From: Leucoraja ocellata
Taxonomy: Eukaryota
DNA length: 64,000 nucleotides
NCBI GenBank assembly: GCA_036785375.1
Contig: JAWMAR010000001.1
Location: forward strand, 10,230,001 to 10,294,000
Direction of reading: 5' to 3'
The notes under the pieces were generated by a model that was given only the letters and a program-made list of their open reading frames with translations, ran no database searches and was not told where the DNA came from. This document shows positions 47,502 through 59,659 of the stretch, piece by piece. Each line of letters begins with the position of its first letter. Positions within the stretch are counted from its first letter, which is position 1. The translations under genes and the position numbers were made by a program.

Positions 47502-48003
47502 ATATGTTTATAGCAGACAATCAATATTGCATGCATTATTGGCTCCAAGATCTATACTGGGATTTTAATTGTTCTAACATGTGTAATAAGGTGAACAAAT
47601 TAGTTTTATTATTATCTAACTGGAAATCTAAATTCTCATGTCAAGTTTAATTTCATTTTATTTCATATTTGAAGAAGAGTAGCTGGACTTTCCCTCTTTC
47701 CCTCAGTTAACATCATAAAATCAGATGATTAAGCCATTTCCTGCTTCAGGACTTGTTGCATGCAAATTAGATTATATCTTACCACAGTGAACACTCTTCA
47801 ACAATTATGCTATTGTGTATGGTGTGTCCTATGATTGCAAAAGGTACCATGTAAATGCAAGCATTTTTTCTTGCACAAATATGTGAAGCAGTGCGCTATG
47901 AGAGGAATTGAACACCTACAAATTATCTACATTTTCTAAGACTGAGATATTTACTTACTGTTATAAGATGTGCACTAATCTACACCATTTAACCCTGTGT
48001 TAG

Positions 48004-48143
48004 GTGAGTTCAATATTCCAGCGGATATTATCTTCTCTATGCCAGTTCGATTTTGTGGTGGAAAATGGGTGATCCAAACAAACATTAAGATCAGCAAGGT
48101 GACCCAAAGAAAGCTGCAATACATTGTTCAAGAACTGAAAATG
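48004..48143 (+). CDS. MDH1B: MDH1B internal coding exon (140 nt, phase 1/0)
   Basis: tgtag|GTGAG...AAAATG|gtgagt; GEFNIPADIIFSMPVRFCGGKWVIQT..., matching MDH1B GQFGIPKGIVFSMPVKF. Confidence 0.94.
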
Positions 48144-49784
48144 GTGAGTTGGCGAGAGCAACAGAAAATTATTTTGAATCAGCCTAAAAGGGCATTGATG
48201 TTTGCAAAGAGGGGGATTTTGCTACAACAAAGGCCGTAAAGAAAGTTTTCACGGGAAGTCTGATAGAGGGAAGTGATTCAAAGAGTTTGTGGCCAAGGTG
48301 AGAGGGATCAGAGATGATCTTGCCCGCTCGCTTCCTGGCCCTTGCAGTGTACAGTTCATCAATGGAGGGAAGGTTGCAGCCAATAACCTTCTCTGCTGAT
48401 CGGACGATTTGCTGCAGCTGTCGTGCTTGGTGGCTGAGCCAAACCAGACCATGATGGAAAAGATGAGAACAGACACTATGATGGCCGTGTAGAATTGGAC
48501 CATCATTACCTGTGGCAGATTGTGATTCCTCAGCTGCCGTAGGATGTACATCCTCTGTTGTGCCTTTTTGACTGTGGAGTCAATGGAAGCCACAAACTTA
48601 AGGTCCCTGGAGATGATGGTTCCCATGAATTTAAAAGACTACACAGATGTGACTGTGGTGTTGTTGATGGTGAGGGGGGTAAGGGGAGGTGGAGCTCTCG
48701 TAAAGGCTACAATTAATTCCACTGTCTTAAGAGCATTGAGCTCCAGGTTGTTGCGATGGCACCAGGACGCCAGCTGTGACACTTCCTGTCTGTAGGCAGA
48801 TTCCTCCCCATCCTGGATCAGTCCAATCAGGGTTGTGTCATCGGCAAACTTAAGAAGCTTGACAGAGGTGTCTGTGGAGGTGCAGTCATTGGCGTAGAGA
48901 GAGTAGAGAGGAGATTCAAGATTCAAGTTTCAAGAGAGTTTATTGTCATGTGTCCCTGATAGGACAATGAAATTCTTGCTTTGTTTCAGCACAACAGAAC
49001 ATAGTAGGCATGACTACAGAACAGATCAGTGTGTCCATATACCATTATATAAATATATACACATATGAGTAAATAAACTGATCAAGTGCAAATAACAGAT
49101 AATGGGCTATTTTACTTCGGAGTCACGTGAGTGACTACGTGAAGAAGGGCCGTCCGCCTGCATGCGCGTCATTACGTCTGAACGCAACGCGCGCGACGGA
49201 CTGGCAGAGGCACTGTGTCCTTCCAGCCCGTCGGGATGGGCAGGTAAGCAAGTTGAATTACTTACCTGCGTTCTTTCGGGCTTGAAGCTTTTTGTAGTTT
49301 CAGGGCCCAGATGTCGAGGAGACGGTCCGCGGGGAAGTTGGCTGCTGAAGACCGCAGCATTTCCAGTAGCGGGCGACGGTCTTGTTTCCCAACATTAGCG
49401 CCGGCAGAACCGGCAGGAGACTTCGGGAGGAGGAGGAGCTCCGTTGGTGGTCCCGGGGGACGTAAACCACCCGCAAGTCTGACAAACCCGTTGACTCAGA
49501 TGAGTCTGGGGAAGAGGGATACCCTCCCTCAACGGAGAGCGTCTGAGGACGACTCTCCCACATGGGGCAACTTTTGGAGAAGTTGCTCCAACAATGACCT
49601 GCTCCAAAGGAGGGAGCTGTGTCAGCCCGGGGCCTACAGCAGTGCCGGGAGCCTCGCACATGGGGCAGCCCAATGTCTTCCCCATTGGAGGGGGAAGTAC
49701 ATATGGAAGAAACCACTCTGAATCAGAGTTCAAAAGCAGGGGGGGGGGGGGGGAAACCTTCCCAGGGACAAGCAGAAGAAAGGA

Positions 49785-49890
49785 AGTAAGTAAGTTTTAC
49801 TTATATAGCACTGTTTAAGTTAACTCACATTGACACCAAAGTGCTTTACATAAAATGAATAATAAGCTTCCATACAAACAAAATAAAATA
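49785..49890 (-). mobile_element. L2-type 3' tail fragment nested in DIRS
   Basis: Reverse complement of 60455-60552 (TGTAAAGCACTTTGGTGTCAATG...(ACTT)n). Confidence 0.7.
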
Positions 49891-50054
49891 AGTACTTCTG
49901 CAATCATCCAGGTTCCACTTGGTGCTTCCCTGGATGGAGATCTAGCAAATGTCTCCTGCTCTGAGGAGAGGAGCATTCATGGTCAGTTTCAGTCTGACCC
50001 AAAGCAAGAATCTCATTTAAGTCCGCTGGAGGGGCCATGTCAGCGCAAGTATCA

Positions 50055-51238
50055 TAGAACCATAGAAACATAGAAATTAGGTGCAGGAGTAGGCCATTCG
50101 GGCCTTCGAGCCTGCACCGCCATTCAATATGATCATGGCTGATCATCCAACTCAGTATCCCGTACCTGCCTTCTCTCCATACCCCCTGATCCCCTTAGCC
50201 ACAAGAGCCACATCTAACTCCCTCTTAAATATAGCCAATGAACTGGCCTCAACTACCCTCTGTGGCAGAGAGTTCCAGAGATTCACCACTCTCTGTGTGA
50301 AAAAAAGTTCTTCTCATCTCGGTTTTAAAGGATTTCACCCTTATCCTTAAGCTGTGACCCCTTGTCCTGGACTTCCCTAACATCGGGAACAATCTTCCTG
50401 CATCTAGCCTGTCCAACCCCTTAAGAATTTTGTAAGTTTCTATAAGATCCCCTCTCAATCTCCTAAATTCTAGAGAGTATAAACCAAGTCTATCCCGTCT
50501 TTCTTCATAAGACAGTCCTGACATCCCAGGAATCAGTCTGGTGAACCGTCTCTGCACTCCCTCTATGGCAATAATGTCCTTCCTCAGATTTGGAGACCAA
50601 AACTGTACGCAATACTCCAGGTGTGGTCTCACCAAGACCCTGTACAACTGCAGTAGAACCTCCCTGCTCCTATACTCAAATCCTTTTGCAATGAAAGCTA
50701 ACATACCATTCGCTTTCTTTACTGCCTGCTGCACCTGCATGCCTACCTTCAATGACTGGTGTACCATGACACCCAGGTCTCGCTGCATCTCCCCCTTTCC
50801 CAATCGGGCACCATTTAGATAATAGTCTGCTTTCCCGTTTTTGCCACCAAAATGGATGACCTCACATTTATCCACATTATACTGCATCTGCCAAACATTT
50901 GCCCACTCACCCAGCCTATCCAAGTCACCTTGCAGTCTCCTAGCATCCTCCTCACAGCTAACACTGCCCCCCAGCTTCCGCAAACGCAGTCGTCATCCGC
51001 AAACTTGGAGATATTGCCTTCAATTCCCTCATCCAGATCATTAATATATATTGTAAATAGCTGGGGTCCCAGAACTGAGCCTTGCGGTACCCCACTAGTC
51101 ACTGCCTGCCATTGTGAAAAGGACCCGTTTACTCCTACTCTTTACTTCCTGTTTGCCAGCCAGTTCTCTATCCACATCAATACTGAACCCCCAATGCCGT
51201 GTGCTTTAAGTTTGTATACTAATCTCTTATGTGGGACC
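50055..51238 (-). mobile_element. Young CR1 nested in DIRS
   Basis: [38 protein letters not shown]; near-identical to 18495-19670. Confidence 0.93.
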
Positions 51239-54200
51239 TCAGGTATCCACAGGGGTCTGCGGCAGCACATGTTTTCAGGGCTGCCTACAAATTTCACTCT
51301 CAGTGGAGGGGAGTGTGAGTGATCAGTAGGTAACTGATCTCGAATTTAAAGTATGAACATACTGAAGCACATGCATATGGCCTCAAGAGCCAGCAGTTGG
51401 CAGAATATCCGCATACTACAAATGCCGGCAAAGGAACAGCGCTATCAGGGTGACTTTGGAGAAACCAGGCGCCGAATCCTCTCTTCAGGTAAGACCAGAA
51501 GAAGGAAGCAAAAGCTGTCGGGCCAATCAAGGTACCAATGACAAGCAAAACTTAATCAGTAGGCGACAACACACCCCCACACCTCCATAGGGGGTAAGCG
51601 GTTCACTGAAGCCGGTGGTAGCTTGAAAGCTGGGCACGGAAATATGATCAGTCGTCTTTCAAGGCAGACTCAGAATTATGGCCAGAATTGTCCTACAAGG
51701 CAGGCTCAATATGATGAGTTTTTCAGACCAACATGGAATCTACACTCCCTACCAGTCCTACTCCCAATCAAGGAGAGAAAAGGAACCCGCATCAGGGGCC
51801 TTTGGGCTTACCACAAGACCACCGGTAGCCATGGAGGTAAGTGGGTCTGGGTTTACTGAAACAAGGGATTGTGGACCAGTTACATGTTGGTAATTCTACT
51901 CTTATGTTTTTGTTCAAAATTACAATAACATGAATTTCAGATCTGTTTTTAAAAAACAGATAATAACATGTGATTATGTTTACTGCACAACATACATAGG
52001 TTCCAAGCAGACTTGTAACTCGGACCGGAGTTGGCTTCAATGCAGGCCCAGTATTATGGGCAGGATTGCCTTTCAGGACAGGTGACAGATGGAGGATGTC
52101 ACTTCATCCAGGTTTAATTCATTTGTGCAGTACAGACTTTCAGAACAGCCAATTTTGTTACGGTCTAACAACTGTTTTATAGGAGCTTTCTATAAACTGG
52201 GGATGTTTGCACGTACCATTTTAAGTTCTGTCCCTTAGTTTCCCCCCAAGGTTGGGAGGGGTGACTATTTTTTTTAAAACTTTTCTTTCATTTAAAGCAA
52301 CAGTGTCTTTACTTAACTACGTAATGTCTGAATGCTTTTAATGATTACACGCATCCATGGTCAATCCATTCAGTGTGTGATGCCTGGATTCGTAACCGGT
52401 GTAAAATCACAGAGCTTTGAAATCTTCACGTAGTCACTCACGTGACTCTGAAGTAAAATAGTAAGATTAAACGAGAACTTGCCAGTTTGAAATTTGATCT
52501 TGATTTTATGAGGAGTTACGATGAGCGATTACGTGCCCACCGCTCCCACCCTCATATTATCAAGGTCATATGGAAGTTCTAGTTTCTTCACAATCTTACT
52601 ATTCTCAGGTCTTCTTTTTATCTGTAATTTAACACCGCTGCTTTGAAGATTGACGCGCACGCAGATGGACGGCTCTTCTTCACGTAATCGCTCATCGTAA
52701 CTCCTCATAAAATCAAGATCAAACTTCAAACTGGTAAGCTCATTTAATCTTACTATTAATGTTCAGAGTTTTGTCCGAGCCAGGTTTAATAACCTGATGG
52801 CTGTGGGGAAGTAGCTATTCCTGAACCTGGTCGTTGCAGTCTTCAGGCTCCTGTACATTCTACCTGAAGGTAGTGGAGAGATGAGTGTGTGGCCAGGATG
52901 GTGTGGGTCCTTGATGATACTGCCAGCATTTTTGAGGCAGCAACTGCGATAGATCCCCTCGATGGAAGGGAGGTCAGAGCCGATGATGGACTGGGCAGTG
53001 TTTACTACTTTTTGTAGTCTTTTCCTCTCCAGGGCGCTCAAGTTGCTGAACCAAGCCACGATGCAGCCGGTCAGCATGCTCTCTACTGTGCACCTGTTTC
53101 TGGTGTCCAAGTGGTCCAGAACGCAGTGGAGGGCCAACAAGATCACATCCATCGTTGATCTGTTGTGGCGGTAAGCAAACTGCAGTGGATCCAGGTTTTT
53201 GTCGAGGTAGGAGTTGATTTGTGCCATGATCAACCTCTCAAAGCACTTCACCACCACAGGCGTTAGTGCCACTGGTCGATAGTCATTGAGGCACGTCACC
53301 TTACTCTTCTTGGGCACTGGTATAATTGATGCCCTTTTAAAGCAGGTGGGGACCTCAGACCTCAGAAGTGAGAGGTTGAAAATGTCCGTAAAAACTCCAG
53401 CCAGTTGGTCCGCACAGGTTTTTAGAACACGACAGGGTATACCATCAGGTCCAGGCACTTTTCGAGAGTTTACCCTTCTGAAGGATTTCCTGACGTCGGC
53501 CTCTGTGACTGAGACTGAAATACCATCACAGCGAATGGAGGCTTGGGAAAGCACATCAGTATTCTCCCTATCAAAGCGTGCGTAAAACGCATTGAGCTCA
53601 TCAGGTAGTGATGTTTTGCCGACATTCGAGCTGCCTCCTTGTTTCGCCTTGTAGGAGGTGATTGCATTCGGGCCCCGCCACAGCTGCCGAACATCTGTCT
53701 CATCCTCAAGTTTGGAGCAGAAGTCCTTTTGGCCTTTTTGATGACCTTACCAAGGTCGCATCTGGATTCTTGTAGACCACTGTATCACCAGACATGAATG
53801 CCCGGTGTCTGGTCTTCAGAAGAGTGCGGAACTCAAAGTTCATCCAAGGTTTCTGATTGGGAAACACTCAGAATGTTTTTGTAGGGATGCATTTCTTGGT
53901 GAAGTCTGTAACGTCTGTGGCGTATTCGTTCAAGTCCGTTGCCGAGTCCTTGACATTGCCCAGTCTACAGACTCCAAACAGTCCTGTAATTGTTCTTCTG
54001 CCCCCCCCACCCCCCCCCCCCCCCCCCCCCGACCAGCTCTGTACTGTCCTCACCTTTGGGGTGCGCTCTTTAATGGCTGCCTGTAGGCAGGAAGAAGCAG
54101 CACCATGGTATGGTCGGATTTCCCAAAGTGAGGGCGAGGGATAGAGTGGTAGGCATTCTTGATGGTGGTGTAGCAGTGGTCGAGGGTGTTTGGTCTCTGG

Positions 54201-56374
54201 TGCAGCAGGAGACATGTTGGTGGGAGTTAGGGAGTGATTTCTTGAGGTTTGCCTTATTGAAGTCCCCAGCAATGGTGGTAAATGCCTCGGGGTAAGACGT
54301 CTGGTGTTTGTTGACCACGGCGTGCAGCTCCTCCAGTGTCAGACGGACGTCTGCCTGGGGTGGGATGTAGACCGCGGTCAGGATGATGGAGGTGAATTCC
54401 CTTGGGAGGTAGAAGGACGGCACTTCACCGCCAGATGTTCGAGGTGTGGAGAGCAGGAGTTGACAGGACTGCCACGTCTGAACACCATGCAGAGTTGACC
54501 ATGAGGCAGACGCCCCTCCTCTCCCTTTCCAGATACCAGTGTACGGTCCATACGGTGGATGGAGAACCCTTCAGGCTGGACCGCTGAGTCTGGGAGCTGG
54601 GGTGAGCCATGTCGCTGTGAAACAGAACACAGAGCATTCCCTCAGCTCCCTTTGATAAAGTAGCCTTGCCCCTTAAGTCCTCCACTTTATTTTCAAGGAC
54701 TGTACATTGGCCAGTAGGATAGTAGGGAGAGGGGGCCGAAGTCCCTGCGCTTCAGTCTGACCTGAAGCCCTGCCCGTTGGCCACGTTTCCGGACACAATG
54801 GAGGCCTCCCCTTTGTTTCCAGGTACTGTGCTTACTGTACCTGCTGTTTCTGCGAACCTGCGCTGGGGATTCCCTCACAGACGGCTGCTCCAGCTCCATA
54901 ACGAATGGGGGTTCCTTCAAGTCAGCTGCTCCAGCTCCGTTGTTCCTGGAAGATCCAGCTCGTCGGCTCTGGAGGTCATCCCGGAGTTTCCAGGTACCGT
55001 ACCTGCGTTCCTCCGTCAGGTCGGGAGTTTTACAGCCAGCGGGGAAAGTTTAAAGTCCGGGGCTCCCGCAGCTGCGGAGATCGCAAAATTGCCAGAGCCT
55101 TCAGGTGCCCAAGCAGCTTATCCGAAATGGCACGATTTCTGCCGTTTCCATGATCCAAGTGAGTTGATGGAAGTTGTAGGTAAACCTTTTATGTTCTGGT
55201 GCTCCGCAAAAGTCGCCGCAGGCAGGCGCCATCTTGGGTTGGCATCTTTGTACGCAGCCTTGTGGTACTCCTCTTCTGAGTGTTTGGGGGTCCAAGATGT
55301 GCTTTCACAGCCTCACATGCTGCTACTGTCTGTCAGGAAGCTGGTGATCCATCAACAGAGGGGTTCTGGCACAGTCAACTCGGAAAGTTTGGAGTGTAGT
55401 AGCTCTGGCACAATGGTGTTGAATGTAGGGCTAAAATCAACAAACAGAATTCTCACATAGGTCCCCTGGCAGTCTAGGTGCTGTAGGATGAAGTGCAGGC
55501 CCAGGTTGACTGCATCATCCCACAGATCTATTGTCCTGATATGCAAACTGCAGAGGGTCCAGCAGGGGTTTGTGATATTTTTCAGCTTGGCCAGCAGAAG
55601 CCTTTCGAGTGTCTTCATGACTACAGAGGTCACTGCGATAGGCCTGCAGTCATTAAGACAAGTAATCCTTGCCTTTTTGGGTACAGGGACAATAGTGGAG
55701 ACTTTGAAGCAGCAGGGCCAGTACATGTTTGCAGGGACTGTTTAAAAATGTCTGTATAGACCGGTTTGGCACAAAGCTTAAGAGTGGAAGGGAAATGTTG
55801 TCAGGTCTGGAGATCATGTTTTGAGGAAGGAACCCTTCTTCAGACGTTTCTTGAGTGTGTTCTACGCACAATTCCAGCATCTGTAGTTCCTTGTTCCACT
55901 AAAGTTATTTTCTACTCGGTATTGTAAGGAAATATTCTCATGTTTAACATTTTAATGTAGCTGACCTCTCCTGGTGTTAAATATTAAGAAATACAAATTA
56001 AGCAAAGAAATGGTGGAACTGAATCATACTGGAGGTATAGTTTCATATTGATGGCTGAAATTTATCTCAATTATGTCTTAGTGCTGGGTGGTATCTATTT
56101 CACATCTCTGTTAAAGTCTGTTATCTAGAATGGTTCCAACTCCTTCTATAATTAATGTTATGGGAATTAAGGGAATCAGAGAATATAGGGTGAATGCAGA
56201 AAAGTGGTGCTGAGGTAAAAGATCAGCTGTAATCTTATTGAAAAGCAATGCAGGTATGTGGGTTGAAATAATTTTCTGTTGCTTATATATATTTTATTTT
56301 TATGTTCAAATGTTTTTACTTTCTGGATTGGCACATCCTGAAAACAGGTAAGGCTAAATAACAATGTAATAAAA

Positions 56375-57580
56375 AGAATTGCAGATGATGGTTTAAAATC
56401 AAAAATAGACACAACGTGCTGCAGCAACTCAGCAGATCAGGCAGCATCTTTGGAGAAAATAGGTAGGTGATATTTTGGGACCCTTCTTCAGCCTGATTGT
56501 AGTAGGGAGAATGGCGGAAAAACTGCAAGCAAATAAGAAACAGCACAAATCGGGCTGGCAACAGATTACCTCAGGTGAGGTTCCCTGATAGGCTGACTGT
56601 TGGCTAGATACGTGTGTGAGTCCAAGAGGGATATATAATTACGCTGTGGAATTACCGACTTTCAGTGATGAAAGTAGGGGAGGGGGGTGGGGAATTGCGA
56701 GGGTAAAAGGAAGGGAATGGTGAGGGAGGTGATTGTAGAAGTTACTAAAATTGGACATTTCAGTGTTCATACTGCTGGGTTGTAAGCTACCCAAGCAAAA
56801 TATGAAGGTGGATGCAAATGCTGGAGAAACTCAGCGGGTAAGGCAGCATCTATGGAGAGAAGGAATAGGTGACATTTCAGGTCGAGACCCTTCTTCAGAC
56901 TGATGTCGGGCTGGGGTGGGTAAAAGAAAGAAAGGAAGAGACAGAGACAGTAGGCTGTGGGAGAGCTGGAAAGGGGGAAGGGAAGGAGGGGAGAAAGCAA
57001 GGACTGTCTGAAATTAGAGATGCTGTTCCTCCAAATTTACGCGTGGTCTCATTCTGGCAACGAGGAGGCCCAGAACAGAAAGTTCAGTATGGGGAGTAAG
57101 TTTTTCGTAACCTGAATATCTAGTAGGCCTTGACAGACTGAGCGCAAATGTTCAGCGAAACTTTTGCCGAGTCTGCGCTTGGTCTCATCGATGCACAGGG
57201 ACCCACATTGGGCACACCAGATGCAGTAGATGTGTTAGAGGAGGTGCATCTGGAAGGGCTACTGCATCCCTGGATGTAGAGGAGGAAGGAGGTATAAGGG
57301 CAGGTGTCACATCTCCTGCAGTTGTAGGTGGTTTGAATTTGAAGGGATGAGTGAACCAAGGAATTGCGGAGGAAACTGTCCTCTAAGGAAGGTAGAAAGG
57401 GGTGGAGATGACAAGGTGTGATTAGTGGTGGGATCACATTGGAGGTTACGGAAATGCCGGAGGATAATGCGTTAGACGTGGAGGCTGATGGGTGAAAGGT
57501 TAAGACCAGGGAACTCATTGATTGTGGTGTCTGGGGGGAGGGAAAGCGAGAGCAGAACTAAGGGACACAGAGGAGACGTG
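56375..57580 (-). mobile_element. Degraded Penelope fragments with tandem pLTRs
   Basis: LVLTFHP remnant; pLTRs with CTGAAGAAGGGTCTCGACCTGAAATGTC (56866-56905) and a partial copy at ~56470-56497. Confidence 0.8.
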
Positions 57581-57589
57581 TACAACAAT

Positions 57590-57885
57590 TAGACATTTGA
57601 GCAAGGGGAGGATAAGGATAAGACAAAAGTTCTCTTAAATATGTTTGAACAACACTTCAAACCGTAGACCCACCAACAGATACATTGCTACGCTTTTCAA
57701 GGAATAACTCAAACTAGCGATAAATGTGTGGATGATTACCTCACAAAACAGAACAATGCTGCATCGAAACGTAAGTTCAGAGATACGGGAGAGGAGAATG
57801 ATGATGCATAATCAATTCATGTGAGCACAATCCACTAAGACGTTTGTAAGTTTCTCATCAGAAGGGATGAGAAGTTGACCTTAAA
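57590..57885 (+). mobile_element. Degraded Gypsy gag remnant
   Basis: VLLNMFEQHFKP*...FQGITQ...VDDYLTK...KF pattern typical of Gypsy gag. Confidence 0.5.
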
Positions 57886-58164
57886 GAGTGATTATTGCCC
57901 CACGCCCACTCTTGGAAGAAAATACTCCCTCATAGCTGGATCAAAGGTGTTCCCCAAACTGGAGTGGTGGGAGATTGCAACCTTTGCGTGGTCCACCCTG
58001 TTTCGACTAATGCAATCAGCCCGACGTGCACAAACAAATAGATGTAGTTTTTCATGCCACTTGATCTACAACTTTAGGCTGTGCACGTTATACGCAAGAG
58101 AAAGAAGACCAAACTGGATATCAGGAATGAATATTGGAATATCAGGATCGACGAAGAGTTATCT

Positions 58165-59412
58165 ATGTGTAGGAAGGAACTGCAGATGCTGGTTTAAAAT
58201 GAAGGTAGACACAAAATGCTGAAGTAACTCAGCAGGACAGGCAGCATCTCTGGAGAGAAGGAATTGGCGACGTTTTGGGTCGATTGATGTCAGGGCAGTG
58301 GGCGGGACAAAAATAGAATGTAGTCGACGGCAGTAAGACTGGTGTGAGAATTGGGAAGGGGGAGGGTGTGGAGAGAGAGGGAAAGCAAGGGCTATTTGAA
58401 GTTAGAGAAGGCAATGTTCATGCTGCTGGGATATAAGCTACCCAACCGACATATGAGGTGCAGTTCCTCCAATTTGCACTGAGCCTGACTCTGACAATAG
58501 AGCAGGCCCAGGACAGAAAGGTCAGATTGGGAATGGAGGGGGGTTGAATGCTGAGCAACCAGGAGATCAGGTAGGTTAAGGCGGACTGAGCGGAGGTGTT
58601 CAGCGACATGATCTAAATGGTGTCGTTGGAACAAGGGGAAGTACAATGGGATCTGGGGGTCCTTGTTCATCAGTCAATGAAAGTAAACATGCAGGTACAG
58701 CAGGCAGTGAAGAAAGCGAATGGCATGTTGGCGTCATAACAAGAGGAGTTGAGTATAGAAGCAAAGAGGTCCTTCTGCAGTTCTACAAGGCCCTAGTGAG
58801 ACCACACCTGGAGTATTGTGTGCAGGTTTGGTCTCCAAATTTGACAAAGGACATTCTTGCTATTGTGGGAGTGCAGCGAAGGTTCACTAGGTTAATTTCC
58901 AGGATGGCCGGGACTGTCATATGCTGAGAGAATGGAGCGGCTAGGCTTGTACAATCTGGAGTTTAGAAAGATGAGAGGGAATCTTATTAAAACATATTAG
59001 ATTATTAAGTGTTTGGACATGCTGGAAGCAGGAAACATGTTCCCGATGTTGGGAGAGTCCAGAACCAGGGGGCACAGTTCAAGAATAAAGGATAAGCCAT
59101 TTAGAACAGAAATGAGGAAATACTTTTTCACACAGAGAGTTGTGAGTGTGGAATTCTCTGCTCTGGATACTTTCAAGAGTGAGCTAGATAGGGCTCTTAA
59201 AGACAGGGGATATGGGGAGAAGGCAGTAACGGGGTACTGATTGTGGATGATCAGCCATGATCATATTGAACGGCGGTGCTGGCTAGAAGGGCAAATGGCC
59301 TATTCCTGCGCCAATTGTCTATTGTCTATTGATCGCCGAGCCTGTGCTTGGTCTTGCCGATGTACAGAAATTGGCACCTGGAACAGCGGATACAATAGAT
59401 GAGGTTGGAGGA
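58165..59412 (-). mobile_element. Penelope 3' fragment (58165-58613, 59331-59412) interrupted by CR1
   Basis: AEHLRSVRLN...KLEELHLICRLGSLYPSSMNIAFSNFK plus pLTR; sequence resumes after the CR1 with GATC duplicated. Confidence 0.8.
58614..59330 (+). mobile_element. CR1 3' fragment
   Basis: EYRSKEVLLQFYKALVRPHLEYCVQVWSP; (TCTATTG)n tail. Confidence 0.9.
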
Positions 59413-59659
59413 TGGACTATAGTTCTATTACTTTTCCTTCACTGGCATCAGTTCATTATCCTGGAATTATCTCCCTAACAGAATTGCAGAAATACCTACA
59501 CCTCAACGACTGCAGCAGTTCAAGAAAACAGCTCACCACCACCTTCTCAACTAAATACATCGCCTAAATCAATGTATAGAAACCCCTTATTTTTTAGCAC
59601 TGATCCTTATTCCTATATTCACCTTTATATATTATATATTTCTATATTCACACTATATT

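Larger units (their letters stand above)
49108..52756 (+). mobile_element. DIRS1-like tyrosine-recombinase retrotransposon, internally deleted
   Basis: Left and right inverted terminal repeats; the internal complementary region 52423-52535 is complementary to both termini and joins them through ATA; TAT occurs at both ends; the empty site can be reconstructed from the sister LINE copy at ~430-460. Confidence 0.88.
48914..55250 (-). mobile_element. Inner Rex-Babar LINE (5' UTR, APE endonuclease, internally deleted RT, 3' UTR), split by DIRS
   Basis: 5' CCAAGATGGCG at ~55236; EN motifs YLPREFT..AVYIPP, AGDFN; RT N-terminal part DYRPVALT..DPLQFAYR joined directly to CTVESMLTG; 3' UTR continues at 48914-49107 with a TTGAA tail. 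Confidence 0.85.
48262..55830 (-). mobile_element. Outer Rex-Babar LINE (pieces 48262-48913 and 55251-55830) split within PQGCV|LSP by nested elements
   Basis: 55352..55726 ([11 protein letters not shown]) runs to GVPQGCV at 55251 and resumes as SPLYSLYANDC...KFADD at 48913; same family as 10667-11755. Confidence 0.85.
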
